A stretch of 64,000 nucleotides of DNA from Bacilli bacterium (GCA_017459965.1 JAFUBW010000002.1:748-64747); one strand, 5' to 3'. Shown: positions 27,313-38,484, numbered from the stretch's first letter. The notes: a model not told the origin generated them from the letters alone. Translations and numbers: made by a program.

Positions 27313-27911
27313 TGAAATATCCAAATAGTTTACAAAATTTAATTGAATGCTATAAAAGTTTACCAGGTATAGGTGAAAAAAATGCAGAAAGATTAGCATT
27401 CGCAACATTAAAATTTGATCAAGAACAAACAGAAATATTTTCTAAATCTATTAAAGAAGTAAAAGAAAAAATAAAAAAATGTAATATTTGTAATAATTTA
27501 ACAGAAGATGATATTTGTGATATATGTAAAGATAATAACAGAAATAAAGAAATAATATGTGTTGTAGAAAATACTAAAAATTTAATACTTTTTGAAAAAG
27601 CAAATATATTTAATGGAAAATATCATGTTCTTGAGGGATTAATATCGCCTCTTGAAGGAATAAATCCAGAAGATATAAAAATCAATAGCTTGATTAATAG
27701 AATAAAAGAAGAAAAAATAAAAGAAGTTATACTTGCTTTAACACCAAGTATAGAAGGTGAAACAACAAGTGCATACATATTAAAATTACTTGAAGGATTA
27801 GATGTAAATGTTACAAAAATAGCATCAGGTATACCTGTTGGTGCTGACATGGAATACTTAGATCCATTAACAATTGCACGCGCTATGGAAGGAAGAAATA
27901 AAATATCATAA
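27312..27911 (+). CDS. recR: Recombination protein RecR
   Basis: HhH region LPGIGEKNAERLAF, a C4 zinc finger (CNICNN..CDIC) and a Toprim domain. Confidence 0.93.
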   Translation: MKYPNSLQNLIECYKSLPGIGEKNAERLAFATLKFDQEQTEIFSKSIKEVKEKIKKCNICNNLTEDDICDICKDNNRNKEIICVVENTKNLILFEKANIFNGKYHVLEGLISPLEGINPEDIKINSLINRIKEEKIKEVILALTPSIEGETTSAYILKLLEGLDVNVTKIASGIPVGADMEYLDPLTIARAMEGRNKIS

Positions 27912-27954
27912 AATATATACTTGTTCATAAAATATATCAGAAAGGTGGACAAGT

Positions 27955-28146
27955 ATGATAAAGAAAATAATTAAAATAATAAAAAAAATAATAATAAGTA
28001 TTTTAGTTTTATATGGTTATAATTTAGCTACACAATCTTTTAATTTAAACATACCAATAAATATTTATACTGTTTTAATAATAACTTTTTTTGATGGGTG
28101 TGGATTTTTAGGATTGGTAGCATTTTATCTATTGAATTTTAGATAG
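27955..28146 (+). CDS. bofA: BofA-like sigma-K processing inhibitor (small membrane protein)
   Basis: 63 aa with two TM segments. LNIPINIYTVLIITFFDGCGFLGLVAF resembles B. subtilis BofA LHIPINLVTAAISGFLGIPGIAAL (recalled). It follows recR as in Bacillus. Confidence 0.65.
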   Translation: MIKKIIKIIKKIIISILVLYGYNLATQSFNLNIPINIYTVLIITFFDGCGFLGLVAFYLLNFR

Positions 28147-28159
28147 AGAGGTGATAAAT

Positions 28160-29077
28160 ATGCTTGATAAATATCTTGATAGTCAAGATGTTGTTACAAA
28201 TTTACTTTTAAACAGCATAAAAAATAACAAATTATCTCAAGCATATTTATTTGTTTGTGATGATATAGATTATATATATGAATATGCAAAAGATTTCATA
28301 AAAGAAATTATAAAAATGTCATTATTAGATGATGAAAAATTAAATAATATTTTTAAAAGAATTGATAAAAATGAATATACAGAATTAAAAGTTGTTGAAT
28401 CCTTTGGTCAATTTATAAAAAAAGATCAATTACTGGATTTACAAAATAGTGTATTAAATAAACCAGTAGAATCTAATAAAATGTTTTATATAATTAAAAA
28501 TGCGGATAAATTAAATGCATATTCAGCAAATTCAATATTAAAATTTTTAGAAGAACCTGCGGATGATATAATCGCAATTCTTTTAACAAACAACCTTAAT
28601 ATGATAATACCTACAATAAAATCTAGGTGTCAAGTATTAAATTTTAAAAATATAAAGAATAATTTTAATAATAATATATATAACTTTATAGAATCAAAAA
28701 TAACTGATGAAGAAAAAGAAATATTAATCAATTCATCATTAGAAATAGTAAATTCATTAGAAAAAAAGAAAATTAATTCGTATATATATTTTAAAAAATT
28801 ATTTACAGATCAATTTGATTCACATGATAATATGCTTCTTTTATTTAATTTTTTAACATATTTATATGTAAATTGTTTATATAAAAAGACAAATAAAAAA
28901 ATTGAAAATATAGAAAATTATGAAGAAATAATAGAATATATAAATAAAAATAATGAAATAAGTGATATAATAACAAAAATAAATTTATTTGAATCTTTAA
29001 AAAATGATTTAAAAAATAATGTTAATTCTAAATTAATTTTTGATAGATTGATTATAGAATTTAATGAGGTGAAATAA
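28160..29077 (+). CDS. holB: DNA polymerase III delta-prime subunit
   Basis: LSQAYLF, LKFLEEP and SRCQVLNF are clamp-loader motifs, while the Walker A is degenerate as usual for delta-prime. ATG 28160 follows AGAGAGG. Confidence 0.85.
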   Translation: MLDKYLDSQDVVTNLLLNSIKNNKLSQAYLFVCDDIDYIYEYAKDFIKEIIKMSLLDDEKLNNIFKRIDKNEYTELKVVESFGQFIKKDQLLDLQNSVLNKPVESNKMFYIIKNADKLNAYSANSILKFLEEPADDIIAILLTNNLNMIIPTIKSRCQVLNFKNIKNNFNNNIYNFIESKITDEEKEILINSSLEIVNSLEKKKINSYIYFKKLFTDQFDSHDNMLLLFNFLTYLYVNCLYKKTNKKIENIENYEEIIEYINKNNEISDIITKINLFESLKNDLKNNVNSKLIFDRLIIEFNEVK

Positions 29078-29871
29078 TGGATACAATAAATGTAGTAGGA
29101 GTAATATTTAAAAAATATGGGAAAAAATATTATTTTGACGCCCATGAACTAAAATTAAAAAAAAATATTACTGTTATTGTTGAAACAGAAAGAGGTCTAC
29201 AATTTGGTACAGTAGTAACTGATATAATAAAAATGGAAAAAGATAAAATACATTTTCCATTAAAAAAAGTTATAAGAATTTCCACAAAAAAAGATTATAC
29301 TAATCATTTAAATAATTTAAAAGATGAAAAATCAGCTTTTAATAAATGTAGTGAATTAATAAAAAAATATAAATTAGATATGAAATTAGTAGATGTAAGT
29401 TATACATTCGAAAGAACTCAAATGTTTTTTACATATATTTCAAATGATAGAGTAGATTTTAGAGATTTAGCTAAAGAACTTGCTAAATTATATAAAACAA
29501 GAATAGAACTTAGACAAATAGGCCCAAGGGATAAGGCAAAAGAAATTGGAGGTCTAGGTCCTTGTGGGATGCCACTTTGTTGTTCAAATTATTTATATAC
29601 TTTTGATAATATAACTATTAATATGGCAAAAAATCAAAATATTGCATTAAATCCCACTAAAATTAATGGTGCATGTAATAGATTATTATGTTGTTTATCA
29701 TATGAAGATGAAGTTTATACAAAATTAAAAAAAGATTTACCATCAATAGGACAAATAATAAAAAAGGATGGGAAAGAGGGAAAGGTAATATCAGTAGATG
29801 TATTTAAAAAATCATATAAAATTGAAACTGAAGATAAGGAATTAATAGAAATATTTGAACCATGGAAATAA
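29077..29871 (+). CDS. ricT: PSP1-domain protein YaaT/RicT
   Basis: PSP1 C-terminal domain with a Cys cluster (GPCGMPLCCSNYL...CNRLLCCLSYE), lying immediately after holB as in Bacillus. Confidence 0.88.
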   Translation: MDTINVVGVIFKKYGKKYYFDAHELKLKKNITVIVETERGLQFGTVVTDIIKMEKDKIHFPLKKVIRISTKKDYTNHLNNLKDEKSAFNKCSELIKKYKLDMKLVDVSYTFERTQMFFTYISNDRVDFRDLAKELAKLYKTRIELRQIGPRDKAKEIGGLGPCGMPLCCSNYLYTFDNITINMAKNQNIALNPTKINGACNRLLCCLSYEDEVYTKLKKDLPSIGQIIKKDGKEGKVISVDVFKKSYKIETEDKELIEIFEPWK

Positions 29872-30581
29872 TAAATAGATTACTTAATTATAAAAATTTA
29901 AAAATAGTTCAAAATACTGATTGGTTTGCTTTTTCCCTTGATTCAGTATTACTTGCTAATTTTGTAACTATAAATAAAAATACAAAAAATATTTTAGATT
30001 TATGTACTGGTAATGCGCCAATACCACTTATTTTAAGTACAAAAACTAATGCTTCTATTACAGGTGTAGAACTTCAAAAAGAAGTATATGATTTAGCTAA
30101 AAAATCAATAGAAATTAATAATTTACAAAATAAAATAGATTTATTAAATATGAATATTAATGATTTAACTAATAAATATGAAACTGATACATTTGATGTA
30201 ATAACATGTAATCCACCTTATTTTAAGACAAACAAGAAATCTAATTTAAATGATAACAAAATAAAGACAATTGCAAGGCATGAATTAGAGATGACTTTAG
30301 AAGATGTTTTTACTATTTCTAGAAAAATACTTAAAAATAATGGTATTATTTCAATAGTTCATAGACCAGAAAGATTAGTTGAAATAATTGAATGCATGAA
30401 AAAAAATAATATAGAACCAAAAAAAATAAGATTTATATATCCTAAAAAAAATAGTGAATGTAATACAATTTTAATTGAAGGATCAAAAAATGGTAATCCA
30501 GGTTTGAAAATATTACCACCATTGTATGTTCATGATGAATATGGTAATTATTTAGAAGAAATAGAAGATATGTTTCAATAA
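29862..30581 (+). CDS. tRNA (adenine-N6)-methyltransferase, YabB/TrmN6-like
   Basis: SAM motif LDLCTGNAP and catalytic NPPYF. It overlaps the ricT 3' end by 10 nt. Confidence 0.8.
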   Translation: MEIINRLLNYKNLKIVQNTDWFAFSLDSVLLANFVTINKNTKNILDLCTGNAPIPLILSTKTNASITGVELQKEVYDLAKKSIEINNLQNKIDLLNMNINDLTNKYETDTFDVITCNPPYFKTNKKSNLNDNKIKTIARHELEMTLEDVFTISRKILKNNGIISIVHRPERLVEIIECMKKNNIEPKKIRFIYPKKNSECNTILIEGSKNGNPGLKILPPLYVHDEYGNYLEEIEDMFQ

Positions 30582-30635
30582 TATTGAAACATATTTTTTT
30601 ATATGTTATTATTTTATTAGAAAGGATAGATAAAA

Positions 30636-30965
30636 TTGAAAAAAATAATAAAAAAAGTATCATTATTCACTTTGATAGTATTTTCTATTGTTTGTTTATG
30701 TGCCTGTGGTAATTCAAAATCAATTGTAGGAACTTGGGAATATGAAAATAATGAAGCAACATATTACATATTTAATAAAGATAATACAGGTAGTTATACA
30801 TATGCAGGTGAAACAGATAAATTTACTTATGAAGATAGAGGTACTAAAGTAGTAATAACTTATGTAGATACATTAAAATCTGATGAAATTGATTATTCTA
30901 TAAGTAAAAACAAATTAACTATAAAATCTAGTACAGGGTCAGATATAGTATTTAAAAGAAAATAG
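30636..30965 (+). CDS. Small lipoprotein (lipocalin-like DUF5640-type repeat, tentative)
   Basis: TTG start after AAAGGA and a signal peptide ending in the lipobox-like LCAC|G. VGTWEYENNEATYYIFNKDNTGSY is typical of small Firmicute lipoproteins. Confidence 0.6.
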   Translation: MKKIIKKVSLFTLIVFSIVCLCACGNSKSIVGTWEYENNEATYYIFNKDNTGSYTYAGETDKFTYEDRGTKVVITYVDTLKSDEIDYSISKNKLTIKSSTGSDIVFKRK

Positions 30966-30988
30966 ACATAGTAATATGTCTTTTTTTA
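30964..30988 (+). terminator. Terminator after lipoprotein gene
   Basis: AGACATA/TATGTCT stem with a 4-nt loop and a T7 run. It overlaps the stop codon. Confidence 0.65.
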
Positions 30989-31070
30989 TTTTTATGATAT
31001 AATTATTTAGAAGTATTTACTTATTTAGTAAATATTTTTGGTGGTTGTAAAGAGTGTGAGGTGGAAATAT

Positions 31071-31910
31071 ATGAGTCAAAAGAGTTATGATAATAAGCCA
31101 ACTTTATATTTAATACCAACTCCAATTGGAAATATGGAAGATATAACAATTAGAAGTATAAATACTTTAAAAGAAGTAGATGTTGTATTTTCAGAAGATA
31201 CAAGAGAAACATTAAAACTATTAAATTATTTAGATATAAATAAAAAACTTATATCATGTCATAAATTTAATGAGGATAAAGTATATTTAAAAGTATTAGA
31301 ATATTTAGAAAAAGGTAGTAATGTAGGTTTAGTAACTGATAGAGGGACACCTATAATAAGTGATCCTGGTTATGTATCTGCATATAATGTTATAAAACAT
31401 GGATATAATGTAGTTGGTTTACCGGGTGCTACTGCATTTGTTCCAGCACTTATATCATCAGGTATTAACCCAAATAAATTTTTATTTTATGGTTTTTTAG
31501 ATAGTAAAAAATCTCATAAGAAAAAGGAACTAGAAGAACTCAAAAAAAATAAATATACAATGATATTTTATGAATCTCCATTTAGAGTTAAAGAAACTAT
31601 AGAATTAATTAATGATATAATGGGTGAAAGAAATATAAGTATTTCAAGGGAAATAAGTAAAAAATATGAAGAAATATATAGAGGAACACCAGAGAAAGTT
31701 TTAAGTGAATTGACTGATCCTAAAGGAGAATTTGTAATAGTAGTTGAAGGATGTAAAGAAGAAATTAATTATGATAATATTGATATAAAAGATCATGTAA
31801 AAGAATTAATAAATAATGGTAAAAGTGAAAAAGATGCAATAAAAGAAGTCGCAAAACTTCATAAATTAAATAAAAATGATGTATATATGAAAGTAAAAGG
31901 TGGTAAATAA
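31071..31910 (+). CDS. rsmI: 16S rRNA (cytidine1402-2'-O)-methyltransferase
   Basis: LYLIPTPIGNMEDITIRS..FSEDTR (tetrapyrrole-methylase-fold RsmI signature). ATG 31071 follows GAGGTGG. Confidence 0.9.
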   Translation: MSQKSYDNKPTLYLIPTPIGNMEDITIRSINTLKEVDVVFSEDTRETLKLLNYLDINKKLISCHKFNEDKVYLKVLEYLEKGSNVGLVTDRGTPIISDPGYVSAYNVIKHGYNVVGLPGATAFVPALISSGINPNKFLFYGFLDSKKSHKKKELEELKKNKYTMIFYESPFRVKETIELINDIMGERNISISREISKKYEEIYRGTPEKVLSELTDPKGEFVIVVEGCKEEINYDNIDIKDHVKELINNGKSEKDAIKEVAKLHKLNKNDVYMKVKGGK

Positions 31911-32464
31911 TGAAACTAATTGTAGGATTGGGAAATCCAGGCAAAGAATATGAAAATACAAGGCATAATGTTGGTTTTGAAATAGTAGATAAATACCTAA
32001 AAAAATATAATTTAGATGCAAATAAATCAAAATTTGATGGATTATATGTAGATACAATTATACATGATGAAAAGGTCATATTCTTAAAACCACAAAAATA
32101 TATGAATTTATCAGGCGAAGTAGTAAAAAAATATATTGATTATTTTAAAATAAATATAGATGATATGCTTATTATACATGATGATTTAGACCAAGAATTA
32201 GGAAAGATAAAATTAAAAGAAAATTCATCATCAGGTGGACATAATGGCATAAAAGATATTGAAAAGAATATTGGGACAAAAAATTATAAAAGACTTAAAA
32301 TAGGTATATCAAATAATAAAAAAATTGATACTAAAGATTATGTTTTAGGTCATTTTTCGAAAGAAGATAGAAAAATAATGGATAATTCTATAGATACTTG
32401 TCAAAATATTATAGATGATTTCTTTATTCTTAATTTTGATAGACTTATGGGCAAATATAATTAG
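31910..32464 (+). CDS. pth: Peptidyl-tRNA hydrolase
   Basis: MKLIVGLGNPG..Y..TRHNVGF, a canonical Pth N-terminus. Confidence 0.95.
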   Translation: MKLIVGLGNPGKEYENTRHNVGFEIVDKYLKKYNLDANKSKFDGLYVDTIIHDEKVIFLKPQKYMNLSGEVVKKYIDYFKINIDDMLIIHDDLDQELGKIKLKENSSSGGHNGIKDIEKNIGTKNYKRLKIGISNNKKIDTKDYVLGHFSKEDRKIMDNSIDTCQNIIDDFFILNFDRLMGKYN

Positions 32465-32472
32465 GTGATAAA

Positions 32473-35400
32473 ATGAATTTTTTAAATGAAATACTTGATA
32501 TTAAGAATATTAATAATGTTTCTATAAGTGGACTTACTAATCAGTTAGTCTCTTTTCTAGTGGATAAAATATCAAAAGATAATAAAAGAGATATCCTTAT
32601 AGTAACAGACTCATTATATGAAGCAAATAGATATTATTCAGCAATATCTAAAATAAATAACAGCTGTTATTTATTTGGTATGGATGATTTTTTAACTAGT
32701 GAGGCACTTGCGTCATCACCCGAACTTAAATCAATAAGAATAAATACATTAAATGAAATATCAAAATCAAAAAATAATATAGTTATAACAAATCTAATGG
32801 GATATTTAAGATATTTACCAAGTAAAGAATTATGGAAAAAGAGTAATATTAAAATAAAGAAAAATAATGATATTTCAAAAAATCAATTATTAAAAAATTT
32901 AATTTCAATTGGGTATGAAACTACAAGTATTGTAAATAAAACTGGTGAAGTAGCTTCTCGTGGTTACATAATTGATGTATTTCCAATTAATAATGATAAT
33001 CCTATTAGAATAGAATTTTGGGGAGATACAATTGATTCTATAAGAGAATTTAATATTGATACTCAAATATCTAATAAAGAAATTGATGAGATAATAATAA
33101 GCCCATATTCAGAATTTATTAATGAAAAACAAATAGAAGATATAGATCAAAAGCAAAAATATCTTCCTTTTGTTGTGGATAAAATTTCTTCTATTAAAGA
33201 TTACTTAGATAATCCAATAATAATATACAAAGATTATAGTATATTAACTAATTCTTATCTAAAATTAAGAAACGAAATACATGAATATGATTCCGAAAAA
33301 GAAAATAACTTAAATACTGATTATATGCATGATTTTTATGATTTAGAACAAAAAGAAAATAATATATATCTTTTAACGATAGATAATATATTAAAAAAAG
33401 TAAAAATAAATCATCAATATAATTATTCATCTAAAATATTAGATAAATTTAATTCTAATTTTAATTATTTAAATGAATATTTAGAAAAATGTATTTTTAA
33501 TAATAAAAAAGTAATAATATGTTTATCAGATGATCATAAATTAAAAAATATAAATAAATATGTAAAAATACCTACTATTTTAACTGATTTTAAAAATATA
33601 TATAATGATAAAATTAATATAATAAATTATGATATAGACGAAGGTTTTGAAATAAATAATTATATAGTTCTTTGTGAAAATGAATTATATAAATCAAGAA
33701 ATAAGGAAATAAATTATAAAAATAAGTTTAAATATGGTACAAAAATAACAGATATTAATAATTTAAAACCAGGTGATTATGTTGTTCATTTAAGCCATGG
33801 TATTGGAATATATTCTGGATTAAAAACATTAACAAAAAATGGTAATAAAAAAGATTATCTTGAAGTACAATATAAAGATGGAGATAAACTGTATATTCCT
33901 GTTGAAAAAATAGATTTAATTAGTAAATACTCATCAAATGAAGGCTTTATTCCTAAAATTAATAAACTTGGATCTACAGAATGGCAAAAAACAAAGATAA
34001 GAATTAGAAATAAAGTGAAGGATATAGCTGATAAATTACTAAAAATTCAAGCAGAAAGAAAATTACAAAAAGGATTTGCTTTTAAGAGAGATGAAGAAGA
34101 AGAAAATGAATTTGCATCTGATTTTAAATATGAACCAACAGTAGATCAATTTATTGCGATTGATAAAATAAAAACATCAATGGAAAGCGAAAATCCTATG
34201 GATATGCTTTTATGTGGTGATGTTGGATATGGTAAAACTGAGGTTGCATTTCGTGCAATGTTTAAAGCAGTTAATTCTGGCAAACAAGTTGCCTATCTTT
34301 GTCCTACAACAATTCTTTCTACACAACAATATAAGGCAGCCTTAGATAGATTTTCTAACTTTGGAGTAACAATTGCACTACTTAATAGATTTACAACTAT
34401 GAAAGAACAAAAAGAAATAAAAGAAAAACTATTAAATGGAAAAATAGATATTATAATAGGAACACATAAACTACTAAATAATTCAATAAAATATAAAGAT
34501 TTAGGTTTATTAATTATAGATGAGGAACAAAGATTTGGTGTTACTCATAAAGAAAAAATAAAAGAATATAAATCTACAGTAGACGTATTAACTTTAAGTG
34601 CAACTCCGATACCAAGAACTCTTCAAATGTCGCTTGTAGGAATTAGACAACTTGCTTTAATAGAAACACCACCTGTAGATAGATATCCTGTTCAAACATA
34701 TGTGATAGAAGAAAGTAATGCTATTATAAGAGAAGCAATATATAAAGAAATGTCTAGAGGCGGACAAATATTTATTCTTTATAATAGTGTTGAACATATT
34801 GAAGAGAAGAAATTAGAAATACAAAAGATAGTTCCAGAAGCTAAAATAAGAGTTGCACATGGACGAATGAATAAAGAAGAAATAGAAGATACAATGATAA
34901 GCTTTATTAATAATGAATTTGATATATTACTATGTACAACTATTATAGAAACAGGTATAGATATACCAAATGTTAATACACTAATTATATATGAAGCAGA
35001 TAGATTTGGTCTTTCACAACTATATCAAATAAGAGGTAGAGTAGGAAGAAGCAATAAAATTGCATATGCATATCTTATGCATTCTAAAAATAAAGTTTTA
35101 AATGAAAATGCAGTTAAAAGATTAAATGCTATAAAAGAATTTACAAAACTAGGTAGTGGTTTTCAAATAGCTATGAGAGATTTATCAATTAGAGGAGCGG
35201 GAGATATATTAGGAAGTGAACAAGCTGGTTTTATAGATTCAGTAGGTTATGAATTATATATAAAGATATTAAATGATGAGGTAGATAAATTAAAAGGATT
35301 GAAAATAAAAGAAGAAGAAAAGGAAGAAGAAAAACCACTAATTGATGTAGAAGATCATATAAAAGATGAATATATAGATGATGAGTCATTAAAAATTGAA

Positions 35401-35781
35401 ATACATAAAAAAATTAGTGAAATTGATAATTATAAAAAATTAAAAGATATTAAAAAAGAAATAGAAGATAGATTTGGAAAAATTGATGAAGAACTAAATA
35501 TTTACATGTATACAAAATTATTTGAAAATAGAGCTAAAAATCTTGAATTAATTAATATTAAACAAACAAATTTATATGTTGAAATAACAATGGATAAAGA
35601 ATTTATAGATAAGTTAAATGTAGATGAGTTATTTATGAATATAAGTTCTATATCAACAAATTTTAAATTTGATTTTAAAAATGATTTACTTCATATTAAA
35701 CTATTATTTCATAGTTTAGATAAACATTTTATTTATTACTTAAATGAATTTTTAGATGAAATAGAAAAATTATTGGTATAA
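32473..35781 (+). CDS. mfd: Transcription-repair coupling factor
   Basis: 1102 aa with a UvrB-like N-terminus, the CarD-like RID (GDYVVHLSHGIG), an SF2 helicase (GDVGYGKTEVA, DEEQRFG) and a TRG/D7 C-terminus. Confidence 0.95.
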   Translation: MNFLNEILDIKNINNVSISGLTNQLVSFLVDKISKDNKRDILIVTDSLYEANRYYSAISKINNSCYLFGMDDFLTSEALASSPELKSIRINTLNEISKSKNNIVITNLMGYLRYLPSKELWKKSNIKIKKNNDISKNQLLKNLISIGYETTSIVNKTGEVASRGYIIDVFPINNDNPIRIEFWGDTIDSIREFNIDTQISNKEIDEIIISPYSEFINEKQIEDIDQKQKYLPFVVDKISSIKDYLDNPIIIYKDYSILTNSYLKLRNEIHEYDSEKENNLNTDYMHDFYDLEQKENNIYLLTIDNILKKVKINHQYNYSSKILDKFNSNFNYLNEYLEKCIFNNKKVIICLSDDHKLKNINKYVKIPTILTDFKNIYNDKINIINYDIDEGFEINNYIVLCENELYKSRNKEINYKNKFKYGTKITDINNLKPGDYVVHLSHGIGIYSGLKTLTKNGNKKDYLEVQYKDGDKLYIPVEKIDLISKYSSNEGFIPKINKLGSTEWQKTKIRIRNKVKDIADKLLKIQAERKLQKGFAFKRDEEEENEFASDFKYEPTVDQFIAIDKIKTSMESENPMDMLLCGDVGYGKTEVAFRAMFKAVNSGKQVAYLCPTTILSTQQYKAALDRFSNFGVTIALLNRFTTMKEQKEIKEKLLNGKIDIIIGTHKLLNNSIKYKDLGLLIIDEEQRFGVTHKEKIKEYKSTVDVLTLSATPIPRTLQMSLVGIRQLALIETPPVDRYPVQTYVIEESNAIIREAIYKEMSRGGQIFILYNSVEHIEEKKLEIQKIVPEAKIRVAHGRMNKEEIEDTMISFINNEFDILLCTTIIETGIDIPNVNTLIIYEADRFGLSQLYQIRGRVGRSNKIAYAYLMHSKNKVLNENAVKRLNAIKEFTKLGSGFQIAMRDLSIRGAGDILGSEQAGFIDSVGYELYIKILNDEVDKLKGLKIKEEEKEEEKPLIDVEDHIKDEYIDDESLKIEIHKKISEIDNYKKLKDIKKEIEDRFGKIDEELNIYMYTKLFENRAKNLELINIKQTNLYVEITMDKEFIDKLNVDELFMNISSISTNFKFDFKNDLLHIKLLFHSLDKHFIYYLNEFLDEIEKLLV

Positions 35782-35822
35782 ATAATTATAAGTTTTCCAC
35801 AATATAATTGTAGGAGGTACTT

Positions 35823-36341
35823 ATGAAATCAACTGGAATTACAAGAAGAATTGATGATTTAGGAAGAATAGTTATACCAAAAGAAATAAGAAAAAACTTA
35901 AAAATAAAAGAAAATGAAATACTTGAGGTTTTCGTTGAAAACGAAAATATAATATTAAAAAAATTCTCTTCTTTTGATGATATGGATAAAACTTTTACTA
36001 GATTTATTGAAGTTCTTGAAAATATTACATTTAATAGCGTTTTAATTACAAATAGAGATAAGATATTAAATACATCTATAAATAAAAAATATGACTACTT
36101 AAATAAGGAAATAGGTAGGGATATTATTAATTGCATTTCAAATAAAGAAGATTTATTAAATAAAGGTCTAGTAGAATTAATTGTAAATAAACAAATAGAT
36201 ACTAATTGTTATATTAAACCCATTATTAATAATGGCGATACACTAGGATCTATTGTAATATTTGGTAATAAAAATATTGAGGAAAAAGATATATTGGCAG
36301 TAGAGATTATTTCAAAATTAATAATTAATTATATAGACTAA
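35823..36341 (+). CDS. spoVT: Stage V sporulation protein T (AbrB-type N-domain + GAF-like C-domain)
   Basis: MKSTGITRRIDDLGRIVIPKEIRKNL swapped-hairpin domain. The 172-aa length and the position after mfd match spoVT. Confidence 0.85.
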   Translation: MKSTGITRRIDDLGRIVIPKEIRKNLKIKENEILEVFVENENIILKKFSSFDDMDKTFTRFIEVLENITFNSVLITNRDKILNTSINKKYDYLNKEIGRDIINCISNKEDLLNKGLVELIVNKQIDTNCYIKPIINNGDTLGSIVIFGNKNIEEKDILAVEIISKLIINYID

Positions 36342-36411
36342 CCCTTTAAAAAAATTCTAACTTGTATTATAATATGGTTAGAGTTTTTTTGTTGGAGGTA
36401 TAAATTAATAT

Positions 36412-36882
36412 ATGAGAAAATTTGAAGTAATAAGTAAAAAAGAATTTGAAAAAGTATTAAAAGAAAAATGTAAATATGAAGATATACAATTACCAGTAAG
36501 ATCAACAAAACATTCTGCTGGATATGATTTTATAAGTCCATTTGCATTTGAACTAAACCCCGGTGAAACTATTAAAGTACCATCTGGAATAAAAGTATCA
36601 ATGAATGAAGATGAATTTTTAGCTTTACTTGTTAGAAGTAGTATGGGATTTAAATATAATATAAGATTGTGTAATCAAGTTGGAATAGTAGATTCTGATT
36701 ATTATAATAATCCTGATAATGAAGGACATATGTTTATTGCTTTAAAAAATGAAGGAGATAAAGTTTTTACAGTTAATAAAGGTGATAAATATGCACAAGG
36801 TATTTTCCAAAAATATCTTTTAACAGATGATGATGAAGCAGATGGTGAAAGATTAGGTGGCTTTGGATCAACTAATAAATAG
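36412..36882 (+). CDS. dut: dUTP diphosphatase (trimeric dUTPase family)
   Basis: AGYD, VRSS, GIVDSDYY and the C-terminal ERLGGFGST motifs are present. Confidence 0.82.
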   Translation: MRKFEVISKKEFEKVLKEKCKYEDIQLPVRSTKHSAGYDFISPFAFELNPGETIKVPSGIKVSMNEDEFLALLVRSSMGFKYNIRLCNQVGIVDSDYYNNPDNEGHMFIALKNEGDKVFTVNKGDKYAQGIFQKYLLTDDDEADGERLGGFGSTNK

Positions 36883-36895
36883 GAAGGTGAGATAA

Positions 36896-38473
36896 ATGAA
36901 AGATACATTTTATATAACAACTCCAATATATTATCCGAGTGGTAAATTCCATATAGGAACTGCTTATTGTGAAGTTTTAACTGAAGCAATTAAAAAATAT
37001 AAAGAATCAAGAGGTTATGATTGCTTTATGCTTACAGGTCTTGATGAACATGGACAAAAAATACAAACTGTTGCAGAAAATAATGGTTTAACTCCAAAAG
37101 AACATGTTGATAAGATGGCAGAAGCTGCTTTAAAACTATGGGATCAAATGGATATTAAATATGATAAATTTATCAGAACAACTGATGATTATCATGTAAA
37201 AGCAGTTGGGAAGATAGTTGAAAAATTCTTAGAACAAGGAGACATTTATAAAGGAACTTATGAAGGTTGGTACTGTATGAGTGATGAAAATTATTTTACA
37301 GATACTCAACTAATAGATGGTAAATGTCCAGATTGTGGAAGAGAAGTTAAAAAGATGAGTGAAGATGCATATTTCTTTAATATGAAAAAATATGAAGGAT
37401 GGCTTAAAGATTTTTATAAAGAAAATCCAGACTTTTTAGTTCCTGAATCAAGAAAGAATGAAATATTTAAAAACTTTATAGAACCAGGTTTAGAAGATTT
37501 ATGTATTAGTAGAAATACATTTGATTGGGGTATACCAATGCCAAATGATCCTAAACATGTACTTTATGTATGGCTTGATGCACTTACAAACTATATAACT
37601 GCTTTAGGTTATATGGGAAATGATGATTCATTATTTAAAAAATACTGGCCATGTGATTTACATGTAGTTGGTAAAGAAATAATTAGATTTCATGGTATTT
37701 ATTGGCCAATATTCTTACATGCGTTAGGTCTTGAACTTCCTAAAAAGATTTTTGCTCATAGTTGGATTGTAATGAAAGATGGAAAAATGAGTAAATCAGT
37801 AGGTAATGTTATATATCCAGAACCACTTATAGAAAGATATGGACTTGATGCTACTAAATATTATTTACTTAGAATGATGAGTTTTGAAAAAGATTCAATA
37901 TTTACACCTGAAGATTTTGTTGAAAGATATAATTACGATCTTGCAAACGATTTAGGTAATTTACTTAATAGAACAATTGGTATGATGAATAAATATGTTG
38001 GTGGAATTATACCAACTACAAACATAGAAAAAACTGATTTTGATGATAATTTAACTAATTTTATTGAAAGACATATAAAAGAAGTAGAAAATAATATGGA
38101 TACTTATCATGTAAGTAATGCTCTTTCTGAAATATGGTCTATAATTGCAAGAACAAATAAATATATAGATGAAACCGCTCCATGGACTTTATTTAAATCA
38201 GAAGAAGAACTTGATAAACAAAGATTAAATTCAGTTATGTTTAATTTAGCTGAAAGTCTTCGTAAAATAGCAATTATACTTCATCCATTTATGGAAACAA
38301 CATCAAAAGAAATATTAAATCAATTAAGTATAGATAATAGTAATATGTCTTGGGATACTATATATTCAAATAAAATAGATGATAGTACTAAAGTAACAGA
38401 GCAAGGTAAACCGATATTCGCAAGGCTTGATGCAGAATCAGAAATAGAATATATAAAAGGATTAATGAAATAA
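36896..38473 (+). CDS. metG: Methionyl-tRNA synthetase (short form, no C-terminal tRNA-binding domain)
   Basis: TTPIYYPSGKFHIGTAY, a CPDC zinc knuckle and KMSKS. Confidence 0.93.
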   Translation: MKDTFYITTPIYYPSGKFHIGTAYCEVLTEAIKKYKESRGYDCFMLTGLDEHGQKIQTVAENNGLTPKEHVDKMAEAALKLWDQMDIKYDKFIRTTDDYHVKAVGKIVEKFLEQGDIYKGTYEGWYCMSDENYFTDTQLIDGKCPDCGREVKKMSEDAYFFNMKKYEGWLKDFYKENPDFLVPESRKNEIFKNFIEPGLEDLCISRNTFDWGIPMPNDPKHVLYVWLDALTNYITALGYMGNDDSLFKKYWPCDLHVVGKEIIRFHGIYWPIFLHALGLELPKKIFAHSWIVMKDGKMSKSVGNVIYPEPLIERYGLDATKYYLLRMMSFEKDSIFTPEDFVERYNYDLANDLGNLLNRTIGMMNKYVGGIIPTTNIEKTDFDDNLTNFIERHIKEVENNMDTYHVSNALSEIWSIIARTNKYIDETAPWTLFKSEEELDKQRLNSVMFNLAESLRKIAIILHPFMETTSKEILNQLSIDNSNMSWDTIYSNKIDDSTKVTEQGKPIFARLDAESEIEYIKGLMK

Positions 38474-38484
38474 TCCTTTTTTTA
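38456..38484 (+). terminator. metG terminator
   Basis: AAAGGATTA/TAATCCTTT 9-bp stem enclosing the stop codon, followed by a T-run. Confidence 0.7.

Noticed and set aside
33174-33182. Perfect DnaA box TGTGGATAA inside mfd (a TTTTCCACA also lies upstream of spoVT at about 35793)
   Set aside because: These are isolated single boxes in coding or leader DNA of an AT-rich genome and are expected by chance. They are not clustered.
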